Origin: an uncultured Gammaproteobacteria bacterium
Lineage (GTDB): Bacteria; Patescibacteriota; Microgenomatia; Daviesbacterales; UBA10151
Length of the DNA stretch: 64,000 bases
NCBI GenBank assembly: GCA_964649615.1
Contig: CAZYPW010000004.1
Location: 9,153 to 73,152, forward strand
Reading direction: 5' to 3'
Of this stretch, positions 9,795 through 20,383 are shown piece by piece. A model generated the notes under the pieces. That model worked only from the letters and a program-made list of their open reading frames with translations, made no database searches and had not been told where the DNA came from. Position numbers and translations under genes: made by a program. Position 1 is the stretch's first letter, and each line of letters opens with the position of its first letter.

Positions 9795-11330
9795 TTAATG
9801 CCTAAATGCCCTCCTTTTTGAAAATACCATAGTAATCCCCAGCTCATCAGCAGCATCTATTGAGGCTTTATCATTTACAGACCCGCCTTGCTGCAAAATT
9901 GCAGATATATCATATTGTGCAGCCAATCGTACGCAGTCGTCAAATGGGAAAAAGCTATCCGAAATTAAGATACCTTCTTTAGCATAGTCTGCTGCTTGCT
10001 CCAAAGCAATTTTGGTTGCCCCCACTCTTGAAGTTTGACCCGAACCAATACCGCGAGTCTGCGGAATTTCTTTATCTATTACAATGACTGCATTAGACCT
10101 GACTGCTTTGACTGCTTTAAAACCAAATTTCATCAACTCTAATTGTTTTTCTGTAGGCTTGTTTTTAGTTACAACCTCCCAGTCCTTAAAACTATCTTCT
10201 ATATTATCATCAAAATCCTGAAGTAATGCTGCACCGGAAAAATATTTAAGGTCCCATTTTTCTGATCTTACAGAAGGGATCTCACCGAAGGTATAAATCC
10301 CCATGCTCTTTCTGACCTTTTTCAATAACTCTAACGCTTGATCGCTTATACCCGGTACTGCCACAATATCTATATTTCCTTCTTTCTCATTTTTAAAAGT
10401 AGCAACCACTTTAGCAGCAGCTTCGTCCATTTTTTTATTTATCACCATCACTCCCCCAAAAGCAGAAACAGGATCTGCTTTAACAGCTCTATCTAGCGCT
10501 TCCTCTGCATCTTTCCCGGTTGCTATTCCGCAAGGGCTTAAATGTTTGATCACACAAGCCGCAGCTTCTTTAAATTGCCTGACTGTTTCCAGACCTGCAT
10601 AAATATCACCAATATTGGTACCGGATAATTCCCTGCCCCAAAGGTGTTTTAATTTTGAGAGAGGTGAATTTGTTTTCGGTAATAAATAAAATGCGCCCTG
10701 CTGATGAGGATTTTCTCCATAACGTAGAATATTTGTTTTTCGCAACGGAATTGTTATTTCGTTGGGAAACTCCTGCCTGCCGGCAGGCAGATCTCCTTCG
10801 GAAAAATAATTTCCAATTTGGCTGTCATAAAAAGATAAATGATAAAAAGATTTGGCTGCCAGCTCTTTTCTTTTTTGCACGCTCTTTATAGCATCATCCA
10901 ACTGACCATAATCATTTGAATCTACCATCACTACTACATTTTCATAATTTTTACCGGCTGCTCTAATCATTGTTGGACCCCCCACATCTATATTTTCAAC
11001 ACCGGGTTTCTGTTCAAATGGATAAAGATTACAAACAACAACATCAATTTGTGGAACACCTAATTTTTTTGCTTCTTCAATATGTTTAGGATTTTTCCGG
11101 TCAAACAATATGCCACTTTCTATTTGAAAAGAAATGGTTTTCATCCTACCATCAAAGCAGTCTCTGGGGTTTCCGGTAATTTCTTCAATTGGAGTAACTT
11201 CAATCCCACTTTTTTTAAGTGTTTCAAAAGTCCCGCCTGTGGAGATTATAGTGTAGCCATTTTTTACTAAAACTTTTGCAAAATCTTCTATGCCGGATTT
11301 GTCATATACACTTAAAAGCGCATACTTCAT
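9795..11330 (-). CDS. purH: bifunctional AICAR transformylase / IMP cyclohydrolase PurH
   Basis: N-terminal MGS-like domain (ALLSVYDKSGIEDFAK...ISTGGT) plus a C-terminal AICARFT domain. 511 aa. Confidence 0.9.
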   Translation of the reverse strand: MKYALLSVYDKSGIEDFAKVLVKNGYTIISTGGTFETLKKSGIEVTPIEEITGNPRDCFDGRMKTISFQIESGILFDRKNPKHIEEAKKLGVPQIDVVVCNLYPFEQKPGVENIDVGGPTMIRAAGKNYENVVVMVDSNDYGQLDDAIKSVQKRKELAAKSFYHLSFYDSQIGNYFSEGDLPAGRQEFPNEITIPLRKTNILRYGENPHQQGAFYLLPKTNSPLSKLKHLWGRELSGTNIGDIYAGLETVRQFKEAAACVIKHLSPCGIATGKDAEEALDRAVKADPVSAFGGVMVINKKMDEAAAKVVATFKNEKEGNIDIVAVPGISDQALELLKKVRKSMGIYTFGEIPSVRSEKWDLKYFSGAALLQDFDDNIEDSFKDWEVVTKNKPTEKQLELMKFGFKAVKAVRSNAVIVIDKEIPQTRGIGSGQTSRVGATKIALEQAADYAKEGILISDSFFPFDDCVRLAAQYDISAILQQGGSVNDKASIDAADELGITMVFSKRRAFRH

Positions 11331-12454
11331 GTTAGTATTTTTCTAAGTTCTCCTTTTTCTATTGCCTCTTTAATTTCCATTGCTACTCGCCTTCCCATAG
11401 AAATATTTTTCCCGTATAAATACCCGCTATATGGAGTGGCAAAAATCCCGGGACTTCCCGGCATTCGCGGGGAAACATCAAAAACAATAATTTCCTTTTT
11501 AGGAGGGCCAGGAATGATTATTGTTTGTAAACCAAACGGCCCTATGACTCCTGGCTTATATAGTTTCTGAGAAGCTTTCACAAATCTTTCTCCCATTGCA
11601 AATGCATCTTCTAGTAGAGATTCCAGTACAGTCACTGATACATGGCCTGCCTCTTCAAAAGTTATCCCATACTTATCTCTAACAAGTTTATAATCATCCG
11701 GCGCTACCTTCGTATATCCTTCTGCATTAGTTTGCCTTCTTGTATCTGTTCCTATTAATTCAACTCTTTTATGCAAAGGAGAATAGAAATAATTGAAGTT
11801 AACTTGAACACCTACTAAGTATTCTTCTAATATGGCTCTATCAAGAGCTTCTTGAGTGATTCTACCCTGTCCAATTAATTCTTGTGACCGAGAATAAAAA
11901 GTTTCAGGGGAGTTAACTATAAAAAATCCCCTCTCGAAACCAAGATATTTAGCCATTACTTTCACAACACAGGGGCCATCGATTTCGCTTGGATTTTTAA
12001 ATTGTTTCGGATATCTAATCCCTGCCTCTTCCATAATTTTATATTGATCCACATTATTCCCAGTTCCTCGCTCTTCACATTTTAATAAAAACTTGTTTCC
12101 AAACATGGGGACTTTAAATTTTTTCTCAATTGCATTGTAATCGTTTATATAAACCTCAAAAGACCTGTGGGGAATAAATATGGCATTTCTTTTTAAGAGT
12201 TCTTTTTGAACTTTCTCCGATAAAATATCTTTGAAATTTTCTAACTCAATAACTTCATCAACACAACCTATTTCTCCATTACTTTTGTAATATTTGGCAT
12301 AGGTTTTATCTCTACCCTTTTGCACAATTACCAAAGTTTTAAAACCTAAATCTTTAGCTCCCCTGCAAACATCTAACGCAGAGTGACTACCTAGAACGGC
12401 TATTGTAATATCAGAAAGTTTTAAGTTTTGAATTGTAGTTTTGAGTTTTGACAT
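11327..12454 (-). CDS. purP: archaeal-type 5-formaminoimidazole-4-carboxamide ribonucleotide synthetase PurP (paralogue 1)
   Basis: ATP-grasp PurP family (DUF1246/DUF1297). Motifs LGSHSALD, FYSPL..VEL.G.D.R..TN, PFGLQ and MGRRVAMEIK match PurP as recalled from Methanocaldococcus. Confidence 0.75.
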   Translation of the reverse strand: MSKLKTTIQNLKLSDITIAVLGSHSALDVCRGAKDLGFKTLVIVQKGRDKTYAKYYKSNGEIGCVDEVIELENFKDILSEKVQKELLKRNAIFIPHRSFEVYINDYNAIEKKFKVPMFGNKFLLKCEERGTGNNVDQYKIMEEAGIRYPKQFKNPSEIDGPCVVKVMAKYLGFERGFFIVNSPETFYSRSQELIGQGRITQEALDRAILEEYLVGVQVNFNYFYSPLHKRVELIGTDTRRQTNAEGYTKVAPDDYKLVRDKYGITFEEAGHVSVTVLESLLEDAFAMGERFVKASQKLYKPGVIGPFGLQTIIIPGPPKKEIIVFDVSPRMPGSPGIFATPYSGYLYGKNISMGRRVAMEIKEAIEKGELRKILT

Positions 12455-12467
12455 TTGAGTTTTGAGT

Positions 12468-13484
12468 TTAATCTAAAACCTCCTTTAGCTTATTTTGCGA
12501 AATTGCATTCTTAATCTCGCGGGCGATACGGCGTCCTGTAGACATTGGTTCATCATACAGTAAATATGTATATGGAGATCCATTAATAAAACAATTTGTC
12601 CCTGCAACTATTCGGGCTGAGATTTCTATTACATAAATTTCCTCAGAAGATGTAATAATTGTTTCCAGACAAAACGGCCCAAATAATCCTTTCGGAGAAA
12701 CTATTTTTTGAGATGTTTCAATAACTCTTTGAGCCATATCCACAGCATCTGCAACCATAGATTCCCGAACAGCCATTGGAATGTTTGCAACAACTTCAAA
12801 AGATGGTTCTATATTTAACCCTCTTTGGTTTTTAGCAGGAATCCTACCTAATGAGTCAACATTTGTCTCATATCTTTTATCAACACTCATTAACTCTACT
12901 TTTTTGGTTAACGGTGAATAAAAGAAATGAAAATAAACAGGTACTCCTATTACATATTCCTGAACCATAAACCGCTCTTCCGAAAAGGTTTTTAATTTTT
13001 CATCAAGTTCTTTCTGATTTCTGGCAGTAAAATACCCCTTCCCACCGGCAGCACCATATGATTTTACAATCACCGGCCTATCAGTCTTATCACCTTTTCT
13101 AAATCTGTGGGGAACCTTAATTCCTGCTTCTTCCATCCATATTCTTTGCATCTTTCTGTCCTCCTCCCAATCTAGTACTTTCTTATTTCCAAAATAAGGA
13201 ACTTTCATCTTTTTATTTTCATCCATTCCTAAATATGCCACAAAAGATCCATGTGGAATTATTATGCAATTATCTTTAAGTAACTTTCTTTCTAAGTTTG
13301 GGAAATCGCGCCAGGATTTAATTTTTATTATTTCATCAATGAAGTTTTCGTATGATTTATAAAGTGGAATTCTATCAGAAGTACAAACTACAGCAGTTTT
13401 AAAACCCTCCTGTTTTGCACCCTTGAGAATCTGCAGCGCAGAGTGAGAACCTAAAGTGACAATAGTTATATTTTTAGTTCCCAT
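12468..13484 (-). CDS. purP: archaeal-type PurP family protein (paralogue 2)
   Basis: Same family motifs as paralogue 1 (LGSHSALQILKGAKQEGF, FFYSPLTKKVELMSVDKRYETN, PFCLE, STGRRIAREIKN). About 45% identity to its neighbour by eye. Confidence 0.75.
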   Translation of the reverse strand: MGTKNITIVTLGSHSALQILKGAKQEGFKTAVVCTSDRIPLYKSYENFIDEIIKIKSWRDFPNLERKLLKDNCIIIPHGSFVAYLGMDENKKMKVPYFGNKKVLDWEEDRKMQRIWMEEAGIKVPHRFRKGDKTDRPVIVKSYGAAGGKGYFTARNQKELDEKLKTFSEERFMVQEYVIGVPVYFHFFYSPLTKKVELMSVDKRYETNVDSLGRIPAKNQRGLNIEPSFEVVANIPMAVRESMVADAVDMAQRVIETSQKIVSPKGLFGPFCLETIITSSEEIYVIEISARIVAGTNCFINGSPYTYLLYDEPMSTGRRIAREIKNAISQNKLKEVLD

Positions 13485-13486
13485 AA

Positions 13487-15222
<1,736 letters not shown>

Positions 15223-15234
15223 AATAATATTATA

Positions 15235-16755
15235 TCATTCCCACTCCATAGTTGCTGGAGGTTTGTTGGTGATATCATAAACTACACGATTTACTTCCGG
15301 AACTTCTGTCACAATCCGAACAGATATTTTTTCTAAAACCTCATAAGGCAATTTTGCAAAGTTTGCAGACATGGCATCTGTTGCTTCTATTGCTCTAATT
15401 GCTATTGTTTCACCATATGCGCGATTATCTCCCCTAACTCCGGTTGTTTTAATTCCAGTAAAAACAGCAAATGTTTGCCAGAGCTTTTCATTCTTTAATT
15501 CTTCAGTCACAATTGCATCTGCTTTTCTTAAAATTTCCAACTTTTCTTCAGTTACTTCCCCAATAATTCTGACAGCCAGACCAGGTCCGGGAAAAGGTTG
15601 TCTTTGGGTAATACTTTCAGGCAGTCCTAAAATATCTCCGATTTTTCTGACCTGGTCTTTATAAAAATTTCTTAAAGGCTCTACTAAAACTAATTTCATA
15701 TTTTCTGGTAATCCCCCTACATTATGATGTGACTTAATATTTTGTGCATGCTTGCTCCCCTTTGATTCAATTACATCAGGATAAATTGTTCCTTGCACCA
15801 AAAATTTTGCATTAATTTTCTTTGCTTCTTTATCAAATACTTCAATAAAGGTTTTCCCAATAGCTTTTCTTTTTTCTTCTGGGTCAGTTATACCTTTTAA
15901 TGCTTTTAGCATCTCTCTCGAAGCATCTATAATATCAACATTCATTTTGTAGCGATCTTTAAAAATCTTCTTTAGATTTTCTGTTTCACCCTCCCTCATT
16001 AATCCGGAGTCCACATAAACTGATGTTAAATTTTTACCAATTGCTTTATGTGCTAAAAGTGCTGCAACTGATGAATCAACTCCACCGGACAGTGCACAAA
16101 TTACTCTAGCTTCTCCAATTGAATCCTTTATATCTTCTATAATATTTTCTACAAAGTCTTCATTTATTTCTGATTTTTTTGGAGTGAACCCACATATCAT
16201 TAAAAAGTTTTCTAAAACTTGTGCGCCAAATTCGCTGTGCACAACTTCCGGATGAAATTGAATCCCATAAATTTTATCCTGGCGGTTTTCAATAACTGCA
16301 TAGGGAATTGTTTTTGTGGTAGCAAAATTTTCAAAACCTTTTGGCAATTTCACCACATTATCTCCATGACTCATCCAAACATTAAAACTCTTTGGTAAAT
16401 CTTTTAATAATTCTGAATTCTGAATTCCAGATTCTAAATTTAAAACTGCTGGTCCATATTCTTTTCTGTATCCAGGCTTAACTTCTCCGCCTAATAAATG
16501 ACACATTAATTGCTGTCCATAACAAATGCCTAAAATCGGAATTCCCAAATTAAAAATTTCTTTTTCAACAGTTGGTGAATTTTTTTCATAAACAGATGCC
16601 GGGCCTCCTGAAAGAATAATTCCCTTAGGTTTTAGTTCTTTTATTTTCTCCAATGCAACTTCGGGAGTTGCAATGTAAACTTCTACCCCTAATTCCCTGA
16701 TTCTTCTGGAAATTAAATGTGCGGTTTGTGATCCAAAATCAACTAGTATAATCAT
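15235..16755 (-). CDS. guaA: GMP synthase (glutamine-hydrolysing)
   Basis: N-terminal class-I GATase (MIILVDFGSQTAHLISRRIRELGV...ICYGQQL), ATP-PPase SGGVDSSV motif and C-terminal dimerisation domain. Confidence 0.95.
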   Translation of the reverse strand: MIILVDFGSQTAHLISRRIRELGVEVYIATPEVALEKIKELKPKGIILSGGPASVYEKNSPTVEKEIFNLGIPILGICYGQQLMCHLLGGEVKPGYRKEYGPAVLNLESGIQNSELLKDLPKSFNVWMSHGDNVVKLPKGFENFATTKTIPYAVIENRQDKIYGIQFHPEVVHSEFGAQVLENFLMICGFTPKKSEINEDFVENIIEDIKDSIGEARVICALSGGVDSSVAALLAHKAIGKNLTSVYVDSGLMREGETENLKKIFKDRYKMNVDIIDASREMLKALKGITDPEEKRKAIGKTFIEVFDKEAKKINAKFLVQGTIYPDVIESKGSKHAQNIKSHHNVGGLPENMKLVLVEPLRNFYKDQVRKIGDILGLPESITQRQPFPGPGLAVRIIGEVTEEKLEILRKADAIVTEELKNEKLWQTFAVFTGIKTTGVRGDNRAYGETIAIRAIEATDAMSANFAKLPYEVLEKISVRIVTEVPEVNRVVYDITNKPPATMEWE

Positions 16756-16766
16756 ATATTTTTTAC

Positions 16767-16848
16767 TGTCATCCTGAACAAAGTGAAGGATCTCTAGATT
16801 TACTCAAGAACAAGTCTAGAGATTCCTCTCTAATCGCTCGGAATGACA
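16767..16848. repeat. 82-nt imperfect palindromic (MITE/REP-like) element filling the purQ-guaA spacer
   Basis: tgtcatcctgaac...gctcggaatgaca termini are inverted repeats. Internal arms aggatctctagatt / gtctagagattcctc are also complementary. A related copy lies inside purL at 18655-18725. Confidence 0.6.
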
Positions 16849-16850
16849 AT

Positions 16851-17630
16851 TTATTTTCCTTCCTTTACAAACTGTACCATATCTTCAAAGATAAAAGCTC
16901 CATGTGGTTTTTCAATTTTTTCTCTTCTCCAATTTGGATATTGGGTTATATCCACAAATTTTTCTGGGTGTGGCATAAGTCCTAAAACTCTACCTGTTGG
17001 ATCTGTTACTCCGGCTATGGCATTTAAAGATCCATTTGGATTTTGGGGATAAGTTTGTGTAGGATTTCCATTACCATCAATATATCTGAAGATCACCAAA
17101 TTCTGTGCTTCTATTTTCTTCAGTGTCTCTGTGTTTGCAAAGAACTTTCCCTCTCCGTGATTTATCGCAAACCAGCCAATATTTTTTTCTCCCTTTAAAA
17201 ATACACATTTACTTTTTTCAAGTCTTAACTTTATCCATCTGCATTCAAAATGTCCGCTGTCATTAGATGTTAAAGTAGCATCCATTTCTCCCAGATTTCC
17301 AAAAGGCAATAATCCTGTTCTGATAAGAGTTTGGAAACCGTTACAAAGACCAACAATAATCCCTCCCTTATCTCTAAACTTTTCAATTTCCTTTTTTAAA
17401 AAACTCATAAGTTCCACTGCCAGAATTTTACCTGAAGCAATATCATCACCATAGGAAAATCCTCCAGGAAGTGCCAGAATATTAAAATTCCTTAAACTTT
17501 TGGATTTATCCCGTAGTTCATTAACATGAACAAATTTAGGGGAACCTCCAAACTTTTTGAAAGCATAGAAAAGTTCATTATCACAATTAGTCCCATCTGA
17601 CTGTAATATACAAACCTTTACACTCCTCAT
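16851..17630 (-). CDS. purQ: FGAM synthase glutaminase subunit PurQ
   Basis: VCILQSDGTNCD, LALPGGFSYGDD and catalytic GLCNGFQ. Start ATG overlaps the purL TGA in an ATGA arrangement; the ORF track extends 30 nt further. Confidence 0.85.
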   Translation of the reverse strand: MRSVKVCILQSDGTNCDNELFYAFKKFGGSPKFVHVNELRDKSKSLRNFNILALPGGFSYGDDIASGKILAVELMSFLKKEIEKFRDKGGIIVGLCNGFQTLIRTGLLPFGNLGEMDATLTSNDSGHFECRWIKLRLEKSKCVFLKGEKNIGWFAINHGEGKFFANTETLKKIEAQNLVIFRYIDGNGNPTQTYPQNPNGSLNAIAGVTDPTGRVLGLMPHPEKFVDITQYPNWRREKIEKPHGAFIFEDMVQFVKEGK

Positions 17631-20383
17631 CCGAATATTTCCTTCATTGGTTTCTGCCAAGCATCTTGTAATTGCTTCATATCCGCGCTAAATAATCCCT
17701 TAACTCCTAATTTCTCCTCTTTTATCGTTTTCCCTAATATCTTAAAAGGTATTCCTTTGAATAATTTCTTAGCATTTTCCTCATCATCTACTTCAACAAT
17801 AAAACATCCTGCTGTTTCGTTAAATAGAAAATCACCTCGAAGGTGGGCTTTGACTCCTTCGAAGTAAAGCTTTACTCCACAATTTCCTCCAACTGCCATT
17901 TCAAAAATTGCAGTAATTAATCCTCCTTCTGAAACATCATGAGACGCTAAAACCTGTCCACTAATAATTGCTTTGTGCACTTTCTTCAAAACCTTAGGTA
18001 GTAGTTTTAAATCCACTTTTGGTACACCTCCCAGGTGGGCCATGACTCCTGGGAGGTGAGCTGCTTGGCCTACCAAAACTACAGTTGATCCCGTCTTTTT
18101 AAAATCAGAAGATACTGTTTTTTTAACATCCGGTATTTTTCCGAAAACTGACATAACTAAAGTCGGTGGGCTATGTATTATTACTCCATTAGACCCCCGA
18201 TAGGTGGCAAATAAACTGTCTTTTCCGGAAATCACAGGCAAATTTAGCGCTTTCATAAAATCAACTACTGCATCTACAGCTCTATCTAATTTTCCCAACC
18301 ATTCTGCATCAGGATATGGCCATATATAGTTGTTTATCAAAGAGGCATTCTTATAATCTCCACCAACAGCAACATAATTTGAGATTGCCTCAGTTGCAGA
18401 CCAGATACTTCCCCAGTAAGAATCCTCTCTTGTTAACTTTGGATTAAGTCCGTGGGAAACAACTACTCCATAAGGTTTATCTAAAATTGGTTTTACAATG
18501 GCTGCATCTTGAGGTCCATCCATCCCTTCTCCGGCATATGGATGTAGCGCATTTGTTCCTTGAACATTGTGATCATAAAGCCTTAATATTGGTTCTTTAG
18601 AATTTACATCACCTGATGCTAAAACTTTTTCTAAAATCTTAGCCCAATCCACTTTGTCATTCTGAACGATTAGTGAAGAATCCCTAGATTTAATCTTGAG
18701 ATTCCTCGCTTCGCTCGGAATGACAGCGGGAGAAGTTGCCTTCATTACCCTTTGAGGCAATCCCCCAAACAAAAACTTCATTTCCAAATCTCCTACTTTT
18801 TCCTTACCATAAAAAACTTGTAACTTTTTACTTCCATCAAACTGCGCAATTTCAGTTGCTTCACTATTATATTTGTTAGCAATTTCCAAAAACTTTTTAA
18901 GATTCTTCTTAGGCAAGATTACCAACATTCTTTCTTGTGATTCTGAAACCCAAATCTCCCATGGTGCAAGTCCCGGATATTTAACAGGAGCCTTTTCTAG
19001 GTGTACCTTTACTCCTAACTTTTCTCCCATCTCTCCAATAGCAGATGAAAATCCTCCAGCTCCCAAATCCTGTACAGCCCTTATTAAATTTTTATCTCTA
19101 GCTTCTAAAATGGCGTCAAACATCCTTTTTTCCTCAATGGCATTACCAATTTGCACAGCAGTGGTATTAACTTCTATAGTTTTTTCGCTCATTACAGCAG
19201 AGGAAAAAGTTGCCCCATGTATCCCATCTCTGCCAGTCCTTCCTCCAACTACTACTCCTATATCACCAATCTCAGGAGAACCTTTTTTAGCTTTGCTTTT
19301 TGGTAAGATTCCATAAGCTCCCACTAACACAATTGGCTTGGCTTTAAAATCCTCATCAAAATGAAATGATCCATTGTTGGTAGGGATTCCTATTCTGTTT
19401 CCATAATCTTTCACTGCTGTAACTACTCTTTTTAAAATATAGTCAGGTGGTAAAGTTCCAGCAGGCAGTTTATTTTTATCTAAGCCAGGAGGGGCTAAAC
19501 AAAAGATATCTGTAGAAACTATAGCCTTTGCACCTTGCCCTGTGGCCACCACATCTCTAAAAACTCCCCCGGATCCGGTCATAGCTCCTCCGTATGGTTC
19601 AATCGCAGATGGAGCATTATGGGTTTCTGCTTTACCATTAATGGCCCATCCCCCGTAAAAATCCATTACTCCGGCATTATCAACAAATGCAGAAACTATA
19701 TTTTTATTGTGTTTCAAAGCTTCTTTTTTAAGACGAGTAAATAAAGGCTCTTTTTCTTTTCCATCAATAATTAGTTTGGCTTTAAAAGTTTTGTGAGCAC
19801 AATGTTCACTCCATGTTTGAGCAATAGTTTCCAGCTCCAAATCAGTTGGATCTCTTTTAATATTTTTAAAACAACTTTGAATTGTTTTCATTTCCTCAAG
19901 ATTTAAAAATAGTTTATACCTTGATAATTCCATTAATTCTTCACCAGTCATATTTCTTAATTTGATAATAGTAGTTTTACCTGAAGTTCCTTTAATTATT
20001 AATGTTTTCGGCTCTTCTGTAACTATATGTTCAACCATAGGATTAAAAAGGCCTTTTAAAACTTCTTTGCTGGGTGAATGAAGAAAACCATATTCATGAG
20101 AAGAATCGGCTGCAATTAATTTAATTCCTAAATCTTCTGAGGCTTTTAGAATAGATCCTACCTCAGGATTCATTACCCCAGGTTTGTAAGCAATTTCTAT
20201 GATTTCTTTAGCGCCTTCTATTATTGGAGAATTTAAAGTATATGTTTGAATAATACTTTCACATAAAAATTTTTCAGCTAATTCCTTGGCTTTCTTTTCT
20301 GAAACCCCTTCTAACCTGTATACCTTAGCTTGTTTTACATCTCCCTTATTCTCAATACTTTTAACCCTGACAACTTGTATCAT
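17627..20383 (-). CDS. purL: FGAM synthase PurS-PurL fusion (phosphoribosylformylglycinamidine synthase II with N-terminal PurS domain)
   Basis: A ~80-aa PurS-like N-terminus (MIQVVRVKSIENKG...) is fused to PurL AIRS-like tandem domains (EPYGGAMTGSGGVFRD, DLGAGGFSSAIGEM). The preferred ATG at 20383 immediately follows the purD stop. Confidence 0.9.
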   Translation of the reverse strand: MIQVVRVKSIENKGDVKQAKVYRLEGVSEKKAKELAEKFLCESIIQTYTLNSPIIEGAKEIIEIAYKPGVMNPEVGSILKASEDLGIKLIAADSSHEYGFLHSPSKEVLKGLFNPMVEHIVTEEPKTLIIKGTSGKTTIIKLRNMTGEELMELSRYKLFLNLEEMKTIQSCFKNIKRDPTDLELETIAQTWSEHCAHKTFKAKLIIDGKEKEPLFTRLKKEALKHNKNIVSAFVDNAGVMDFYGGWAINGKAETHNAPSAIEPYGGAMTGSGGVFRDVVATGQGAKAIVSTDIFCLAPPGLDKNKLPAGTLPPDYILKRVVTAVKDYGNRIGIPTNNGSFHFDEDFKAKPIVLVGAYGILPKSKAKKGSPEIGDIGVVVGGRTGRDGIHGATFSSAVMSEKTIEVNTTAVQIGNAIEEKRMFDAILEARDKNLIRAVQDLGAGGFSSAIGEMGEKLGVKVHLEKAPVKYPGLAPWEIWVSESQERMLVILPKKNLKKFLEIANKYNSEATEIAQFDGSKKLQVFYGKEKVGDLEMKFLFGGLPQRVMKATSPAVIPSEARNLKIKSRDSSLIVQNDKVDWAKILEKVLASGDVNSKEPILRLYDHNVQGTNALHPYAGEGMDGPQDAAIVKPILDKPYGVVVSHGLNPKLTREDSYWGSIWSATEAISNYVAVGGDYKNASLINNYIWPYPDAEWLGKLDRAVDAVVDFMKALNLPVISGKDSLFATYRGSNGVIIHSPPTLVMSVFGKIPDVKKTVSSDFKKTGSTVVLVGQAAHLPGVMAHLGGVPKVDLKLLPKVLKKVHKAIISGQVLASHDVSEGGLITAIFEMAVGGNCGVKLYFEGVKAHLRGDFLFNETAGCFIVEVDDEENAKKLFKGIPFKILGKTIKEEKLGVKGLFSADMKQLQDAWQKPMKEIFG
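18655..18725. repeat. 71-nt palindromic element inserted in-frame inside purL coding sequence
   Basis: tgtcattctgaacgattagtgaagaatccctagatttaatcttgagattcctcgcttcgctcggaatgaca shares termini and inner arms with 16767-16848. The gtcat...atgac core is 69 nt (23 codons) and encodes a linker ...ATSPAVIPSEARNLKIKSRDSSLIVQNDK... without breaking the frame. Confidence 0.6.

Noticed and set aside
19560-19572. CCGGATCCGG perfect palindrome in purL, and similar short GC palindromes at 4610-4621, 39499-39508, 41879-41886 and 43067-43076.
   Set aside because: At 10 bp or less these could arise from codon choice for Gly/Pro/Ala residues that are conserved in orthologues (for example MTGSGG in PurL). They are not clearly insertions, so they are not counted as elements.
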